29,379 nucleotides of DNA from Pseudobacteriovorax sp. (GTDB lineage Bacteria > Bdellovibrionota_B > Oligoflexia > Oligoflexales > Oligoflexaceae). The notes below the pieces were generated by a model that was given only the letters and a program-made list of their open reading frames with translations, had not been told where the DNA came from and ran no database searches. Both the position numbers and the translations under genes were made by a program. Location of the stretch: contig JBNKNM010000050.1 in assembly GCA_050293845.1 (NCBI GenBank), positions 1 through 29,379 of the forward strand, in the 5' to 3' direction. Positions 27,011 to 29,379 of this stretch are shown piece after piece (position 1 is the first letter of the stretch; each line of letters begins with the position of its first letter).

Positions 27011-28234
27011 ATGCAAAAAGTGTTTTTAGCAATGTTTCCGGTAGTTTTTTTAAGCAGCTCATGCGGAAAAACTCAGGATGATTTCAGAGACACCAATCAA
27101 GACCCTTCATTGACTGCCAGCGTTAGTACCATTAGCGCCGTTTTAGAAACAGAGCCAATCCCCAATGGCCTGAACGATGCTGATGACCCTGCTGTTTGGA
27201 TTAATGTAGCTGATGTCAACCAATCTCGAATCCTCGGGACCAGTAAGTTTGATGATGACGAGGCTAACCCCGGAGGCCTTGCTGTTTATGACTTAAGTGG
27301 AACAATGCTACAGTTTCTCCCGGTAGGAAAGCTGAACAATGTCGATATCATAGTTGGCCAAGGCGAAGGACAAGACCTTGCCTTGGCCTCTAACAGATTG
27401 ACCAATAGTATAAGTATCTTTGCGATAAACTCACAAGGCGGTGTGGAACACATAGAGGATATTCTTATCGGAACTGCAGAGGAACCCAAAGAACCCTACG
27501 GATTATGTGCAGGAACCTTCAATGATCAAGTCTATGTTTATGTAACGTTTAAGGACGGGACGTTACAAATGTTTAGTGCTGCTGCCTCAGCCCCCATGGA
27601 ACTTAGTTTAAGTAAGACTATTTCTTTAGGCTCTCTTGTGGACTCTGCTCAGGACAGATTAATCAAACACAATATTTATCAGGACCTACTCAGCGAAGAT
27701 GAGTTAAACGAACTTGAAGAAGAGTATGAGGAAAGATTTATCCTTGAAGGCTGCGCTTTTGATTCTGAATCAGATCACCTTTTTGTTGGTATGGAACGGC
27801 TTGGTGTTTGGTTAATAGAAGCTATATCAGCAGAGCATGAAGCAAACCTTCTTTGGCCTATTACCTCTTCTAAAACTATCTATCCGAGTTCCGCACTAGG
27901 GGAGTCCTATCACTTAACCGATGATGTTGAGGGTATTGGGATTTATTATGGTGAAAATGGCGAAGGCAAAATTGTTGTGTCCTCTCAAGGCGTCGATGAA
28001 TATGTGATATTTGATCGTAAAAGCCTCGAATATTCTGGCGCTTTTAAGGTAGCGATCGGCGATGATCCGGTCACCGCAACCGATGGTCTTGAGGTATCCA
28101 GTAAGCTTAAGACAGCAGACTTTCCCGAAGGCATTCTAGTGGTTCACGACGACGAGAATAGTGAAGGGGAAAGTTTTGCTAATGGTAATTTTAAAGTTGT
28201 GTCGTGGAGCGACGTCAGTTCTATTATTGATTAG
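27011..28234 (+). CDS. Beta-propeller phytase (3-phytase), lipoprotein
   Basis: Lipobox-like LSSSC. Beta-propeller phytase motifs DADDPAVW, GGLAVYDLSG, KLNNVDI, EPYGLC, EGC, DDVEGI, VSSQG, TDGLEV, FPEGILVVHD and NFKVVSW. Confidence 0.92.
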   Translation: MQKVFLAMFPVVFLSSSCGKTQDDFRDTNQDPSLTASVSTISAVLETEPIPNGLNDADDPAVWINVADVNQSRILGTSKFDDDEANPGGLAVYDLSGTMLQFLPVGKLNNVDIIVGQGEGQDLALASNRLTNSISIFAINSQGGVEHIEDILIGTAEEPKEPYGLCAGTFNDQVYVYVTFKDGTLQMFSAAASAPMELSLSKTISLGSLVDSAQDRLIKHNIYQDLLSEDELNELEEEYEERFILEGCAFDSESDHLFVGMERLGVWLIEAISAEHEANLLWPITSSKTIYPSSALGESYHLTDDVEGIGIYYGENGEGKIVVSSQGVDEYVIFDRKSLEYSGAFKVAIGDDPVTATDGLEVSSKLKTADFPEGILVVHDDENSEGESFANGNFKVVSWSDVSSIID

Positions 28235-28952
28235 GATAAAGGTCTCCTTACCACTTGTCCTACCAGCAGTCAAAGCTCAGACCCCCTCCTGCACTTAGGC
28301 TGCTAGAAAAGCCCAGACAAAAGAGAAAATTTCATGCGGGTATTTTGGGCTATCTTGCTACACCTTCAGTTTAGCTATTCAAATCTCGTAATTTGTCATC
28401 CACCTGCTGCCATTTTTAAAGGTGCTGTCGGAACATATCATTGGTAGCGATGATTACTTTTTCGGCATAATGGTTAGATTTTCGTGGTATCTAATGGGTC
28501 TCTACAGCTAACTTTTAACAAAGCTATTTCACATCAAAAGCCATATTAGCGTAGATTTTGGTTCGAAACCGTAATTTTCTCTTTAAAAACGGTATGAAAT
28601 AGTTTTCTTCTGGATTTATTATAAGGTTGGCATAGGCTTTGCTTTTTGGGTTTTGAAGTCGAAAACTTTAGCGTGTGGAAATTGACTTTAGAACCATATG
28701 CATAGATGTCACTTATACGTAGAAAGTATCTTTTTTTCAGGACTGCCAAATGATAAAAGCAGATACAGCCGACGTTGATCAAGCTACTGCGTTTTAGCAT
28801 ATTTCCTTTGGTAGAAAGAGTTTTAAGGCATCCCAAAATTCTATTGAAATAAAGGATTGCCTTTTTTAGACAAAATTCTTCTTGAACCGCAGTTGCTTGA
28901 TCGATGAGGGATACATAGATAAAATAATTTACCTAACTGGAGATATGTCATA

Positions 28953-29330
28953 TTGGACATCAAACTCATTCTAAACTCAACAATTTTATTCGTTGTCACT
29001 TCTATTCATACAGTTTTTGCATCTAATATAGATTTACAAAGACATATAAAGATACAGATTGAAGTTGACGGCTTCAAACCGTGGGACCCAAGAGAGTCTG
29101 CAACCGGAGTGAATGCATTTAAGGCTGCTGTGCATACACAACCATTGTATTTTACACGTGAGCATCGAGTCAAATCTGGCTATATAAAGAACTGGAGTTG
29201 GAATTATAAAAAAAAACTTTATGTTTTTAAAATTGATAGAAGTTATAAGTTTCACGATGGACGACCGATAGAAGCAAGAGATTTCGAATTTGCTCTAATT
29301 AACTCGACTTTGGCCATTTTTTTACCCTAA
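28953..29330 (+). pseudogene. Truncated ABC-transporter family-5 (OppA/DppA-like) solute-binding protein, N-terminal fragment
   Basis: Signal-like N-terminus, then WDP...PLY...YVFKIDRSYKFHDGRPIEARDFEFAL (SBP_bac_5 FHDG.P..A.D motif). Stops after 125 aa, whereas the family is ~500 aa. TTG start with GGAG upstream. Confidence 0.65.
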
Positions 29331-29379
29331 TTACACGGCGTAAGACCATAAAGTAGTGAGTCTTTAAGTTCTTTGGGCA

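Noticed and set aside
3572..27489. Short antisense or alternate-frame ORFs within long genes (e.g. 4090-4332, 9190-9624, 20347-20784, 20766-21119, 23471-23911, 24971-25264)
   Set aside because: They overlap well-supported genes completely and show no motifs; these are typical shadow ORFs.

Overview
Bacterial genomic window, probably Gram-negative; the gene repertoire is reminiscent of Bdellovibrionota/Oligoflexia, but that is inference only. It opens with the 3' end and terminal inverted repeat of an IS256-family element, inserted into the tail of a doubly frameshifted DUF2079-like membrane-protein gene. The core is a ~12 kb hybrid NRPS/PKS cluster (1910-13802). Gene 1 is an NRPS whose degenerate condensation domain is interrupted by a carrier domain, followed by A(Gly-type)-PCP. 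Next come two translationally coupled alpha/beta-hydrolase-fold genes, one carrying a duplicated LGRDxxGNPAxF tail. Last is A(Gly-type)-PCP-KS-AT(malonyl)-ACP-C, with no KR, aminotransferase or TE. Downstream lie a convergent membrane-anchored Ser hydrolase, an outer-membrane beta-barrel-like protein, an LTA-synthase/sulfatase-family membrane enzyme, a large secreted beta-propeller/di-heme cytochrome c protein with a novel Tyr-rich N-terminal region, a HIT protein, a soluble 3xPAS chemoreceptor, an acyl-CoA dehydrogenase, a lipoprotein beta-propeller phytase and a truncated family-5 solute-binding protein. Sigma28(FliA)-like promoter motifs precede the MCP, the phytase and both biosynthetic megasynthases. 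No rRNA, tRNA or CRISPR array was seen.
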